Assembly (NCBI RefSeq): GCF_016432865.1
Contig: NC_067400.1
Location: 538,904,001-538,968,000 of the forward strand
Direction of reading: 5' to 3'
Origin: Antechinus flavipes
Lineage: Eukaryota
DNA: 64,000 nucleotides
Positions 50,940 through 64,000 of this stretch are shown piece after piece. The position numbers and the translations under genes are program-made. The notes beneath the pieces are model-generated. The model ran no database searches. It was not told where the DNA came from and worked only from the letters and a program-made list of their open reading frames with translations. Position 1 is the first letter of the stretch, and each line of letters begins with the position of its first letter.

Positions 50940-52008
50940 TGCACAATACACATATACATGTGTTTGTATGTATGTGTGTGTATTTGTATATTAATCTGTG
51001 AGGAAAAGAACCTCTAGAATTTCTGGTCAAAACAGAAAAAAAATGCTGTTTATATTTAATCCTATCAAGACCCAAACAATGACTAAGTGGGACCTATTAT
51101 TGATCATAACTATAATTCATCTCAATATTTTTATTACTCCAACAGTTACCAAATGTTCTACATAGTAGATGCTTAATGATATTTTTAAAAATAAATGTGT
51201 CAGCTAAGTCTTTCTTGATCAATGGAAATAGTCTCCAAATTTTCCTGCCTGATGATGGCATCATACTCTAAAGAAAGGGGAAAGGAATGCCTACTATGTG
51301 CCAAGTACTTGCCACTTTAATCTGATTTAAACCCCCAAAGTGCTATTATTCTCTCCATTTTAGAGATTAAGTAAGTTGCCCATGATCAAGCTAGTAAGTG
51401 TCTGAGGTCAAATTTGAAATAGCTTCCCGAGTTCAGGCCCAGTGCTCTATCCTTGCTACCTAACAGGAGAAGTCATTACTACCAAGTTAAAGTTTTTTAA
51501 AAGTGTCTGAATTGAGAGCATAACGCCTTGGAAAGCAGAAACATTTAATAAATCTTTCCCTGGAATTGAATGACCAGTTTGTAGATGTGTACATCATGTG
51601 CCAGATGATCAGACTTGTCTCTCTGGGTGAAAATGGTGACAAGTGTTTGAAATATAACTCATATCAAGAATTTTTCACATTTTCTTACATTCATACTGTA
51701 CTTGAACTGCAAAACTACAGCAAATTCATCAAAGCATTGAGTATTATTGCCCTCTACCACACCTTGATAGCGATTCAACCTTCATTAATTAATTGTTCAA
51801 CAGATCCCTTGAATGGCTGAGTTTATGGCAATTCACATGGACAGTTTGAATTTCTCATATTCCAGGCCCATATCAGACTGCCAAACCTACCTGGGGCTAC
51901 ATAATATCTAGAACTTTGGTACCTGATGTGATTCATGGCAACAAATTGTAGCTCTTAATGTGGACATTAGACCTATTTGCCCAAATAAGCCATCGACACA
52001 AAAAGAGA

Positions 52009-52010
<2 letters not shown>

Positions 52011-52064
<54 letters not shown>

Positions 52065-52201
52065 GGCTGAGGCAATTGAGGTTAAGTGACTTGCGTAGGG
52101 TCATACAGCTAGGAAGTATTAAGTGTCTGAAGTCAGATTTGAATTCAGATCCTCCTACTTCAGGGGCTGGTACTGTATCCACTGTGCCATCTAGCTGCCC
52201 C
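52011..52201 (-). mobile_element. WSINE1-like SINE with (GA)n tail, seen as (CT)n at 52011-52060
   Basis: ttttggctgaggcaattgaggttaagtgact...ctagctgcccc preceded by ~25 CT units. Confidence 0.88.
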
Positions 52202-52527
52202 AAGAGAATCTCTTTTGCAAGGTATAGTGGAGACCTAGACAATCTATAGGAGCTGTAGGAATATGGCATTGTCTTCTCTAATAAACTCAATCAGAATATT
52301 CACATTCAGTGTTTTTGGTAAACTAATATTTAATTGTAAAGAGGTTATTACCTAAAATAACAGGGACACTTTAAGGGGGAAAAAAAAGCTGCTCTAGTTT
52401 CTGATCTTTGTGTTTTTGTGTAAATGTTACTTATTTGAGCTTGGCCTCCTGATAAATTATTCACACAGTGTTTGGCAAGGTTATTCCTGCATTAGCCTAT
52501 TTGAGTCTGGCAATGGTATTTGCCTAC

Positions 52528-52642
52528 CTTCTTCATGTTACCCCCCAGTTTAGGGTATGGCGGTTTGTTCACTCGATTCCAGTCCACAGGTACTTTAATC
52601 TTTTCATAGAGCTGGAAGATGACCAATGAGTCTGACAAATCA
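52528..52642 (-). CDS. LCP1: L-plastin exon (~12): [38 protein letters not shown]
   Basis: 115 nt, AG/GT bounded, phase 2 to 0. Confidence 0.97.
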
Positions 52643-52974
52643 CTAAAAGAAAAAAAAATACTCATATATCGCCTCATGTAAACCTCATATAAGCCACACA
52701 TCTTTTACAGAACAAAGCAAAGAAGAGTCATTTTCCATAGGAAGTAACACAGAGAAGCTTAGAGCTTGTAGACTGCTCTTTTCAAGGTAGATTTACTAAG
52801 AAGTAGTGACCCAAATTTTAATTACAATCTATGCTATTGAATATTTTTTCCCCAAAAAGGAAAGGAAGAGAAAGATGTAAGATCATGAAGAACTGTGACA
52901 TATCTACTAGGAGCTTTGATTGCAGATCAAATCAGTGGGTTGACATATCCCTGGTTTATGTCAGAGAAGGCATG

Positions 52975-52975
<1 letters not shown>

Positions 52976-53013
<38 letters not shown>
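52976..53013 (+). repeat. (AAC)n microsatellite
   Basis: About 12 AAC units. Confidence 0.95.
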
Positions 53014-53014
<1 letters not shown>

Positions 53015-53711
53015 GCTTCTTTTAAAAAAAATCTGTTCATTTAGTAATGCAAAAAAGCCATACTTATAACTGCATTTTTATGATACTTTGAAATTTACAG
53101 AGCTCTTTCCTATGCAAGGATCCCTATATTTATAGATAAAGAAACTGAGGCTAAAAAGGTTGAGTTTTGTTCTCAAGGTCACATAAAAGAATGACATAGT
53201 AAACAGTTATTCAAAATATCTAATTCCAAATCCAGTCCTTTTCCTGCTACCACCAATGGTTAGAACAAATCAGTGTGATACATACTGAAGCTACTAATAG
53301 GGCTAATAGAGGATATGTGGAAAGCTGGCTACTTGGCCTACTGTAATTGAGAACTAAAAAAAAGACCCTTAACCCAACTTAACCATAGATCCCTGTTTTG
53401 CATTTAAATCTAAATAGCCAGCTCAATTTCCCAAAGAACTCTTATCATAATTTTTCTTTTCTTAAAGCAGCCCCAAGAAATCTATTAATCTATGGATATG
53501 GATGCTGTCCTGTTGGTCTCACCATGTTGTCTATCCTCAGAAAATAAGGTGGGTGTGGCCATATACTTCTTGTGTCTGTTATTATTTGGAGTGACTGGAT
53601 GAGAATAAAAGACAAAAGCTGAATTCTTTTTGTGCTTCAAGATAGGGAAAACCATACTTGAAGATATCTCTTTTTAAGGTGTTTCTAGGCCAAACTTCCA
53701 TGTCTCCTTAC

Positions 53712-53790
53712 CTGTATAAATGATTGACTCGAGGACTCACACCCAAGGAATTCATCCAGTTCCTAAATGTACGCTCCTCCCTGGTCTCAC
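53712..53790 (-). CDS. LCP1: L-plastin exon (~11): [27 protein letters not shown]
   Basis: 79 nt, tttag acceptor and gtaag donor, phase 1 to 2. Confidence 0.97.
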
Positions 53791-55339
53791 CTAAAACAAC
53801 AGAGGACAACCAGTTATTAAAGAAATGTGTAGAAAACATGTTATCCTTATAATCAGAATAGACAGAGACTTTAAAAAAATTCCAAATGGAGTGAGAAAGC
53901 AGCTGACAAGAGGGACTAATAGTAATGAGCCTTGATTTCAGCTGTTATCACTGACCAATTCCAATTAGTTAAATCTTTCTTCCTCCCCCACCATGTATGT
54001 GCCCAATACAGTGCTGGGCATGATGAAGAATACAAAAGACACCAGAGGCCTTGTGCTCAAGGACTAGTGGTCTAATCAGAGAGATAAGACGGCTGTGCAC
54101 AAAAGAGAAAACAGTTTAAGACAAATATAATTACTAAGTGACCAAATGCGTGATATAGATAGTAAGTGCTAAGGGAGATGAGAAAGAGAGAAACAAGTGT
54201 GGGTCATCTTTATAGGAAAGATAGCATAGAGGAATATGTTTGAGCAAGGACTTTAAATACTCATGAGATAGATCTCTTTGGGTTGCTTTTTTTTGGTGTT
54301 TTTTTTGGGGGGGAGGCTTTGTTAATGGGGGAAGAGGAAGTCCAGGAGGTAGAGAGAAATGGGGAAGGTGTTGCAGTCCAGGGAAAAAGTGTGAACAAAG
54401 GCATGACAATGGAAATGAACATAGCATCTGTTAAAAGATACTAATTCAATAGACATCTTAAGATTCCTTACCTGGAATCAGAAAGATCTGAATTCAAATT
54501 TGACCTCAGCTACTTAATAACTGTGTGATTCTGGGCAAGTCACTTAACTCTATTTGTCTCAGTTTCCTCATCTGTAAAATGAGCTGGAGAAGGAAATGGC
54601 AAACAGCTGCAGTGTATTTAACAAGACAACTTCAAATGAGGTAATGACATGTCAAATGAATCACAACTGAAACAACTTGAACACATTAAATTTAGAAGAA
54701 GAATGGCTAAAACATCTTGCCCATGGAAACTTCCATTAAGTCCCTTAATATCTATTTTTTAATGCAATGTTTTATTTCATTTAATAGTGAGATGAAGATG
54801 TTGATGTTTCATCTGAAAATAAGATGCTGTCCCAGTCATTTTAGTTGCATCTGACTCTTCATGACCCCAATTTGGGATTTCCTTGCCAAAAGTATTGGAA
54901 TGGTTTGCCATTTCTATCTTTGGTTCATTTTCAGATAAAGAAACTGAGGCAAGTGGGATTAATTAATCTGCCCACGGTCACACGGTAAGTAAGTATCTGA
55001 GGCTAGAATTGAACTCAGAAAGATGAGTCTTTCTGACTCCAGATCTGGCACTCTATTCACTGATAGTGGGATGAGCATTGCTTTTTTGAAAGCATTGAAT
55101 CCTGATAATGGGTGAAAACTATATATAATGGATGGGATATAAGAGTAGTTGGTTATTTCTTCTTGATTATAATTGATATGACTTATCTGTTTATTCAATT
55201 TTTTTCTTTATGCCAAGAAACTTAAGTGCTCACCAATGTGTTCTGTTATGTTTGTAATCATTTATGAATTACAAACTGAACAGCTATCCTATGTGTTTTG
55301 ATTTTTCCTAACATCTTGATATAATCAGTTAAGAGTTAC

Positions 55340-55535
55340 CTTCAAAAGATCCCCAATCAATATCTTGGTTCTCTGGTTTATGTAAGGCAGGGTATCTGTT
55401 GAAGAGATTGGCAATGAAAGCCAAGTTCAACTTGGGGTTCCCACGGACAACATCTGTGGCGGTGACAAATTGCCGGCATCCCAGTCTTTCTGCTTGTTGC
55501 AACATACATTCTGCCCTCTGGATGTCATCCTTCTC
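55340..55535 (-). CDS. LCP1: L-plastin exon (~10): [65 protein letters not shown]
   Basis: 196 nt, AG/GT bounded; ORF 55329..55544 covers it. Confidence 0.98.
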
Positions 55536-56246
55536 CTGCATCAATTTAGACAGATCTCAAATCTTGGTCAAAGGACCATAAGTCTTGAAGTTATAGATAT
55601 AATATAAAAATTAACACTAGGTTTACTTATATCCTGGTATTTTCCCATGGAAACTACACCACATTATTAGCATTTTATTTATAACTTTTATTTGCCTGAA
55701 ATCAATACCCAAGATATAAATCTAAAAGAGATCTTAAAAAGATTAACTCTAGAACTGGAATTTTATCTAAATGAATTATAGATAGGTACCTGTCCTTTAA
55801 AAAAAAAACTTCCGAGACAATTCACAAGTTCTTATAGTAGAATCTAATACATAATTAAATGTATCAGGTATTTTTAGAAGATGCCTCATTATTCAATTTT
55901 GGACAGATTATATAAAATAAGTTTATAAAATTGTTTAAAAATCAGTTAAAATTCTACAAGAATAAGAATTCCTTTTTACTTTGGGACTTACATAATATAT
56001 AACATAATAGCAATAATAGCTTATTATATAGCACTCTAAAAGTTTGCAAAGAACATTGTATACACTTCTCATTTGAGCCCTATAACAACCCTGTGAGGGA
56101 GATACAAATGAAAAACCTAATGCTCACTAATAAAGGGCCTTACCTCAAGATTATATAGATATTAAGTTTTAGAGTGAGAATTTGAATTTTGGCTCTCCAG
56201 TCTTCAAGTCCCACATTCTTTCTAGTATACTGTATAGTCCCTTAGA

Positions 56247-56264
56247 CTATATATATCTATATCT

Positions 56265-56295
<31 letters not shown>

Positions 56296-56297
56296 TA
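56247..56297 (+). repeat. (ATATCT)n/(TA)n microsatellite
   Basis: ctatatatatctatatctatatctatatctatatctatatatatatatatac. Confidence 0.9.
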
Positions 56298-56676
56298 CAT
56301 AATACGAAGTATATTCATATTACCCAAATGTTTTCTTACTCATCAGTTACTCAACCAGTGCTTAGCATATAGTAGTTACTTAATAATGTTTACTGACTGA
56401 TCAATTCTTTTCATTTGCCAGGCAATTGGGATTAGGTGATTTGTAAGTATTAAGTGTCTGAAGCCACATTTGAACTCAGGTCCTCCTGACTTCAAGATCA
56501 GTTCTCTATCCACTGCTCCATTCAGCTAATCCAACTGATCAATTCTTTAACTCTTATATCTTGTTTTTTAAGAGTAAGAATTCCTTAACACCAATCCCAT
56601 TCAGTGAGGCACAGAAAAAGAGTGATCTTTGAACTTTAAGGTCTTACTAAGAGAGAGTTTATATGTCCATTCTTAC

Positions 56677-56772
56677 CCTTATTCCTGACATGTCAATAGT
56701 AATAGCTGGAATACCTTCTTCATCTCCTTTTGGAGCCACCTGTTCAAGCAGGTGGAAATAAGCTTTGGAGTC
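56677..56772 (-). CDS. LCP1: L-plastin exon (~9): [32 protein letters not shown]
   Basis: 96 nt, tttcag acceptor and gtaag donor, phase 0 to 0. Confidence 0.97.
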
Positions 56773-57003
56773 CTGAAAGAAAGCAAGAAATTACATCTTA
56801 AAATAATGCAATAACTACAGGTGTGCTATGACAGTATTTCCCAATAGCAAGCATGCTTTATTTCTGATTCAGTAAATATTCAAGATTAGAATTTCATTAA
56901 CAAAACTAGAAACAATTTTACTAATTTGCATATTATGGCTTATTATATAATTTCACTTCAATAACTTCTATTCAAAAGCAATTAAAAAAAACTTTAAATT
57001 ACA

Positions 57004-57035
<32 letters not shown>

Positions 57036-59227
57036 ACAACCATATGCTACCATTGTTGCCATTTAAGAGGTTACAGTTAATTTATATGTATTAAGTTGTA
57101 TGCATGAAAAATATATACCTTTAAAATGCTGTAGAAGTCAGTCAGCTAAGGATTAAACAAAAGACATGACAGGAGGAAACAGAAGAGTTCAAAGAAACAT
57201 TAAATGGACACTAAGCAAAACAGAAGAAAGTCAGAGATAGAAGTTGAAGCAATCAGCAAGCATTCTTTAGGACTAAAGGGGAGAGTAAAATAGTGCATGC
57301 AGTAAATTCTTGGCTAGACCTTTTGAACTCACAAATCCAGAAATAAAAGCCAAATTAATTCTATCTTACAGAATAGTGACAGCAATTTGAGTTTATGGAT
57401 GGTATTTTCACTATCCTTAATATTCTGGAAAATGTCTCATCCAGGAGAAGAATTTTAAGAATTTTAATCTTTTGAAAGTATTTTCTTATTTTTACATGTA
57501 AAATAGAGATTAGAGGGGAAAGGGAGAGGGATAATTTAAATTCTCTAAAAGCAGATTAAGTGATCATATGTATTTTAGATAAAAACAGTTATAGAGATAG
57601 TGTTTTCTACTTATTAAATCAGAATAATAGTATAGTGTTATTCATTTCTCTTATTAACCTACACTGGGAAAAAGTGATTTTCAATCCCTGTCACACCATC
57701 AGACCTAACCTCAATCTTTCGGCTTGACTTTTTTTGACAGTCTCTTTGGGGGTATTGTCAAGGCAGTTCAGTATGAATAGATAATAAAGTCCAAATTCTA
57801 AAAACAGGGCTTAGTTATATTATATGCCATAACATTTCTTGCCACTTCGGTTATATTCAGAGTCCCAGGAAAAAAACAGAAATAGCCAAATCACCAGATG
57901 CCACATAAAGCTCCCAGAGACTAATATGAACTCTACAAACAGAATGACTGTCTGCTGTCTCCATAAATGTTGATTTTATGTGATTTAGAGTACATATTTC
58001 TTTTAATGTTGCCATCAAAAAGAGAATTTGCATCAATATATCAATATTACTGTACTTTTAAAAATGATTCTTATCTCCTATAGAAACTTTTCAAACTCTC
58101 AAGTGGTTACAACTCTGAAAGAGCTGAATAATTCTATTGAATAGAAATCAGTTTAATTTGTGTTTCTAAACACAAATAATCAAGTAGCTTAATTTTGATT
58201 GAGAAAAGATGTAACAATTTAGGAAGGCTGAATTGCTAATGGAATTTGTGATTCAGTCATTACAATCATGTCCAATTTTTCATGACCCCACTTGGGATTT
58301 TCTTGGCAAAGAATTTTGGAGCCATTTGCCCTTTCCTTCTCTAGATCAATTTATAGAAGAGGAAACTGAGGCAAACAATATTAAGTGACTTACCCAGAGT
58401 CACACAGCTAGTTAACATCTGAAACAGGATTCATACTCAGGTCTTTCTGATTCCAAATATTGCTATCTGTTGTACCACCTAACTGACTTTAGTTAGGTGG
58501 GAATATGAACTTGAGGCTATTAATAGATATACCAAGCAAATAGGAAGCTTTCTATAAGGAAGCATCCCTGTAACTAGAACACTATGGAAAAACCAATAAG
58601 AGAAGCTAAGGCTTCAGCAATGTAAAGAATCATACCAATTATCTAGCTCACAGCATACTTAGTGCATAAAGCAGATACTTTATTGGAACACCTAATTTAC
58701 AGAATCCCAAGGATGGAAAGTATCTTGAAGGTGTGTAAACCTTGTCTCTGTTTATTAGCTTATCTTCAAACTATCTATCCCTGAGTAAAGCTTTTAGTCT
58801 CTTGAGCAAAAGACAACCACTTTTCTTGTAATGCAATTAAATGTACCATATTTTTTTTAATTACAATGAGAAATTACTTTCTGCTGTCTAACAAAAATTT
58901 CTTTCATCCTATCTCTGCCTTTCCCCACATCTTGATTTGTTCTCGACCAGAAAAAAAAACAGCTGTTGTTTCTCACTAATGTATCTTCTTTCTGTATGTT
59001 TAAAAATAGCAATTATGCCTTCTTTGCGGGGTGTCTGAAACTGATAACTGAGATTTTAGTAGGAAAACTCTTATTCAGGAGAAGAGTTCTCAGATTTACT
59101 ATATCTGAAATTCATAAAATTTTTCATATGTAGAAAATAAGTACATTTTCACAAAATCTTCACTATAAAAACAAAAACAAAACATTTTTGTTCTTAAATT
59201 CTTCAAAGAAAAATGAGTTTTGTTCAT

Positions 59228-59372
59228 TTTTTTCCCCTGAGGCAATTGGGGTTATGTGAATTGCCCAGGGTCACACAGCTAGGATGTGTTAAGTGTCTGA
59301 GACCAGATTTGAACTTAGATCCTCCTGGACTTCAGGGCTAGTTCTCTAATCACTGCACCATCTAGCTGCCCC
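59228..59372 (-). mobile_element. WSINE1-like SINE
   Basis: ttttttcccctgaggcaattgggg...catctagctgcccc. Confidence 0.88.
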
Positions 59373-60039
59373 CTTGATCATTTTTTTAAAATTTTTTAAA
59401 TTTTTAAAAATTTTTTAAATTATTATTTTTTTTAGGACTCAAAGATATTTTACTTTATTATTTATAGAAAACAAAACAAAACAAAACCCACAGGTCCAGA
59501 TACATCAGGTTAACAGCAGGTGCAATTTTTGGTTCACATTTCTAAAAATTGGCTTCAAACAAGACAGCTCTTTGGCAGTCCACTATTTCTATCCCCTTTG
59601 TTAATATCATTTTTGCTTACATTCCCTACCCCCCTACCCCAAGTTAACATTTATATTATCTACTTAAGAAAACAAGATAAACCAAGAATGATGCATTGTG
59701 GACTTTGCCATATACTTCAAGTGAAAATTGCTCCTTGTTAGAGCAACACATATCATTTGATCATTTTTTTAAAAGAAAAGTATTCACCAATGATGAAATT
59801 AGAAAGATAGCAGTCATATCTATAGTATAACCTGCTCCTGCAAAAAATGACATTTGTTTCTTTTTCCTTTATATTCTCTTCTTCCTTTGTTTTACCTACT
59901 GAGCTCCAGTAATTGCTAACTGATGTACATAAGACTTTTAAAATATGTATAACACAGTCACTAGAGCCTTGGAGATGCCTCCTCAGACCCAGGAGTGATA
60001 ATTTCACCAAATCCAAAAGCCTATAGGCCAAAGTTCTTA

Positions 60040-60236
60040 AACCTGAAGCTTGTGGAGATATTTCAGGGGATCCATGAACTGATATGAGGGGGAAAAGTTA
60101 TACTCTTATTTTTCACTTACTTTTAATCAAAATTCATCACTCCCTTAAATTTTAAATATTTTTCTAAAGGGTCCATAGGCTTCACCAGATTGCCAAAAGG
60201 GTCCATGACACAAAAAAAGGTTAAGATCTCCTGCTA
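60040..60236. mobile_element. Old hAT/Charlie-type MITE remnant
   Basis: agttcttaaacctg...ggggatccatgaac...gtccatgacacaaaaaaaggttaagatctcctg. Confidence 0.5.
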
Positions 60237-60335
60237 TAGCCAGATCTAAAGAACAGTATCTAGGTGGAACTTCAACCAGTCCTAACACCTTCCCTCCAAT
60301 ACTAGTCAAATTGAATTCAACTGCATTCTTCCTAC

Positions 60336-60478
60336 CTTGATGTCAGTACTGAAGTTGTTGATTTTATTGCAGCCTGAATTTTCCAGGTGATAATTTGCCC
60401 ATCTCAGCAATAGGTCCTCGGGGGAAAGTTTCATCAAATCCTCCAGACTCTCACCTTCCCTCAAAAGGGCAATCAGAG
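60336..60478 (-). CDS. LCP1: L-plastin exon (~8): [48 protein letters not shown]
   Basis: 143 nt, AG/GT bounded, phase 1 to 0; not in the ORF track, read manually. Confidence 0.97.
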
Positions 60479-62604
60479 CTAGACAAATAAAAAAGTGAAA
60501 AGGAAAAAAATAAATCCGAGGTGCATATTGAAATTGGCCATGTCTTCTATCAATATAATCTATGGAATTAATCTGAAGAAGGAATTAATAGTCCTTTAAC
60601 CTCTCTGGGTTGGGTTCATCATCTGTAAAATGAGGCAGTTGAAAAAAAAATGTCTTCTAAGGTCCCTTCTAGTTCTAACATTCTAATTCTATGACTTGTC
60701 CACATGGTATCATACTGATTGGCCAAATTTTCTTTTTTTTTTTTCCTTCATAGTCAAACTCCTTAAAAAGAAATTGAGGAAGGGAAAAGACAGACTAAAA
60801 CTCTGTGGAGGTGTAATGGAAGATTCCAATTAGATTTAACACAAGATCCCCATAGTTCTTTCTCCCTATTAATCTCATCTCAGCTAATATTCCCTGTGTC
60901 CCTGCAAGGAAAATGGATGGAAGGCATAATGGCTTTATTTGTTATTCTCTAATTTAAAGTAAAACAATTGAGGCAAACAAAGAAGTTAAGTGAGCTATTC
61001 AAGATCCCAATGGTACAAACTAGAAATATATCACTCATATTAAAATCCACTCTGTGTTCACTAAATCATGTTTCCTGATAAGATATTTACTTTTCAGAAA
61101 TCAATTAGATAACAATGACAATATAACTGTTTCTTTTCAATTCTCAGAGATATTTTAGAATTCAAATGCTTGTATAATTAAAACATCCCACCAACATAAT
61201 CTATTCTCCTTTCCACTTCCAGAAGAAAAGGTTTTGTTTAGATGCAGACTTATTTTAGAATCTGCCATTTTCAAACCAAAATTTTTATGCCACAGTTTCT
61301 AAGATTTATATTGGCTCTTTTCCTCCTTTAAAAACATTAACTATAAAGAAATATCACAAGAATACAATATATATGAATTGAGAACATGTAAAGTTCTCTG
61401 TGCTGATTATTACAGTTATAAAATAAGATATAAAAGACATCATGGGACACTCCACAGACTATCACAATTCAAAGACAGAAGTGACATATCTGGCTAAATA
61501 GAAGTCAAATAAAAGTTACATTTCAAGTCCTAGTCATATCTGTATATGAAATAAAGCTTTTAGATTTTGAAAACTGAATGTATTCACAATCATTTAATTA
61601 TGCTCTTATTTTACATATGAGAAAAATGAGGCTCATAAAGATGAAATGGCTTGTTCAAGATCTCATAGCTAAATCAGTGGCAGACCCAGAATTAGAAATC
61701 AAGTTTCTGGAACCCAATCCAGGGGCCTTTCTATTACAGTCTTGTGTTGTGTGGTATTTAGTACCTACCTGTGAGATTGGAATATTGTTAAGTTTGTATG
61801 CGAATGGAAAGGCTTTGTTGTAGCAGGTGTTTAAACTTACATCAGTACTTTCTTATGAATTGTAAATCTGACATGTGACTTGTATTCTGCTTAACACATG
61901 AAAATTTCTTCAAGAATCTACATTTCTAGATGGGGATAATTCTGTATAAATTCAAGCACAAAGTAATCTACAATGTTCAATTATTATATTGGGTGGAAGT
62001 GGCACAACAGATAAGAGTGCTAGGCTTGGAGTCAGAAAGACTCCTCTTAATGAGTTCAAATATGGCCTCAGACCCTTGCTAGCTTATGTGATCCTGAGAA
62101 AGTGACTTAACCCTGTTTGTCTCGATTTCCTCATCTGTAAAAGGAGCTGGAGAAAGAAATGGCAAGACACTCCACTATCTCTGTCAAGAAAATCTCAAAT
62201 GAGGATCATAAAGAGTCAGATATGATTGAAATAACTGAACAGACAAATATTCTATTATCTAGCTCTAAAATGAGCTATCTGAGGAAAGGTTTTTGAGGCT
62301 GAAGTCCCAGACAGCTGAAGTAAGTTTCAAGTTCCATTTAAATAGGCTTCACCAGCCTGTGGTATTAAGAAGCTTTCACTTTCTTATTTTAAGAAGTCTG
62401 ATTATTATGGGAAAGAAGAGAAATGACAAAATATTGAGTTTCATCTGCTGTGTCAAGTAGAGAGCTCAGTATTAATTTACATATACTTTATTCAAGTCAT
62501 CTTTAAAAATCTGAACCTGCATATCCACATCATTCTCTACTTCATCAAAATATATGCATTAATAGAAGGTTATCCCAGAAAATAATAGGCTTTAGCCTCT
62601 GTAC

Positions 62605-62770
62605 CTTCATTTCTGCTGAGTTCAATATCGGCAAACAATCCAATTTTGATGACTTGCCACAAAAGGCCCAAGACCAGATAAGGTTTTCCCTCTTTTAAGT
62701 CCTCAGCTCCTATGTTAACAACATGGCACCCAATGGCTGAAGCGGAGTTCAGAGCCAGGTTCAAATTCTC
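62605..62770 (-). CDS. LCP1: L-plastin coding exon (~exon 7 by human numbering), CH1: [55 protein letters not shown]
   Basis: Translation matches L-plastin; cag acceptor at 62771-62773, gt donor at 62603-62604; 166 nt (phase 0 to 1). Upstream exons lie beyond the window end. Confidence 0.97.
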
Positions 62771-64000
62771 CTGGAGGGGGGAAAAATGAGAAAACATGCC
62801 AATAAATACCAGGTGGTAATTAATGGTGACAACAACAACAACTTGACAACCATCACTTGACAACCAACATCTAATTTCTTCTGAAGACCTTACAGAGCTT
62901 TGAAGGCTTTTTTTCTCATTAGACCACATAACATCTCTAAGAAAAAAAACAGTGGTAAAAAAAAAACAGAATGAGAAAAAAGAGAAGAATTTAAGATAGA
63001 AGACCCAATGGTTAGTCTAATTCTGTATTCTTCAAAAAACAAATATTAAGTGGAGTAACCATTTTAATAATGATTCTTACATTCCCCATCCTGCTGGGAT
63101 GGAGGCAGCACACTAAACCCCCTACTGAGAAAAAGTCAACATTATAATATTCAAGGAGGCCACCCATTGTCTTGTCATTGCCTATGCACTATAACCAACA
63201 GTTGATGTAAAGAAAGGTCATAAAAGAAAGAGGCATTAGCTTTCTTGGCATGGAAAGTGAGTGGGAAGAGAATAATAACCAACATTCAAATTTCTGGAAG
63301 AGATATGGCTGGTGGTGTTATGTATATTTACTGAGTACTTATAATATTTAAATAACTTGGTTAAATAATATTAATTTATTATAACCATGTTAACTCATTT
63401 ATACAATTTGGAGAGGGGTTAAAATATGCCAATTCAATTTAAACACAGTGATCTCAGGGCCATTTGAAAGTCAAGGAAAAAAAGGATGGGAGAATACTGA
63501 TGGAAATGGCCTACAAAGCAGGAAAAATGTCAGGGATTCACAGAGTTATGATCAAAGAATAATACAAGCTTAATCTTACACAGGGCTTTAAGGTTTGCAA
63601 GGAATTTAAATTTTCCTTTGAAATTTTCAATTGCTTTTCATCCATGAGGTAGGTGCTATTATTATCCCATTTTACTGATGAGGAAGTTGAGGCACAAGAG
63701 GCTAAATAATTTGCCCAGTGTCACACAGCTAGACAATGTTTGAAGCAGGATTTGAATCCAGATTTTCTTGGCTCTTCCATCATTCTATTATGCTGTAATG
63801 TTTTTCCTTTATTATTTAATTTTTTTTAATTGGTAAATTCAATTTTATTTTACTTTTATTAAGATCTACCTTCTCTGCCTCTTACTTCCTTGTTCTTTTC
63901 CAATGAGAAAGCAAGAAAAATAAAACCTCTGTTACAAATGTGTACAATCAAGTCAAACAAATCTTTACATTGGGTAAGTTCAAAAAAAATATGCCTCAAT

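Noticed and set aside
50769-51075. ORFs spanning X runs
   Set aside because: Artefacts of the assembly gap.
1-64000. tRNA, rRNA, CRISPR array or prokaryotic system
   Set aside because: None seen; tRNA-like A/B boxes occur only as SINE heads, and the sequence is intron-containing mammalian DNA.

Overview
AT-rich, repeat-dense marsupial genomic DNA. Dasyurid-type SINEs, an OC1-like hAT MITE and a 133-N gap suggest a dasyurid such as the Tasmanian devil (inference). The right half holds the last 10 coding exons (minus strand; all AG/GT bounded, phases consistent; 436 codons + stop) and the ~1.65-kb 3'UTR of LCP1 (L-plastin). The left third holds an unexpected head-to-head pair of divergent TRIM-type RING/B-box2 units that arose by inverted genomic duplication. 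The minus-strand copy looks intact over its first three exons: TATA box, ATG-free leader exon, RING+B-box exon with strong Kozak ATG, and a 96-nt coiled-coil exon. It has atypical E2-binding and Zn-ligand residues and no recognisable PRY-SPRY exons in the window. The plus-strand copy is a frameshifted pseudogene interrupted by L1. Between the TRIM pair and LCP1 lie a CpG-rich island with an unidentified open frame, many L1/RTE/LTR fragments, and a 786-bp TG...CA LTR-derived element with 256-bp inverted arms and a near-perfect 6-bp target-site duplication. Repeat boundaries and family names are by eye, without database search.
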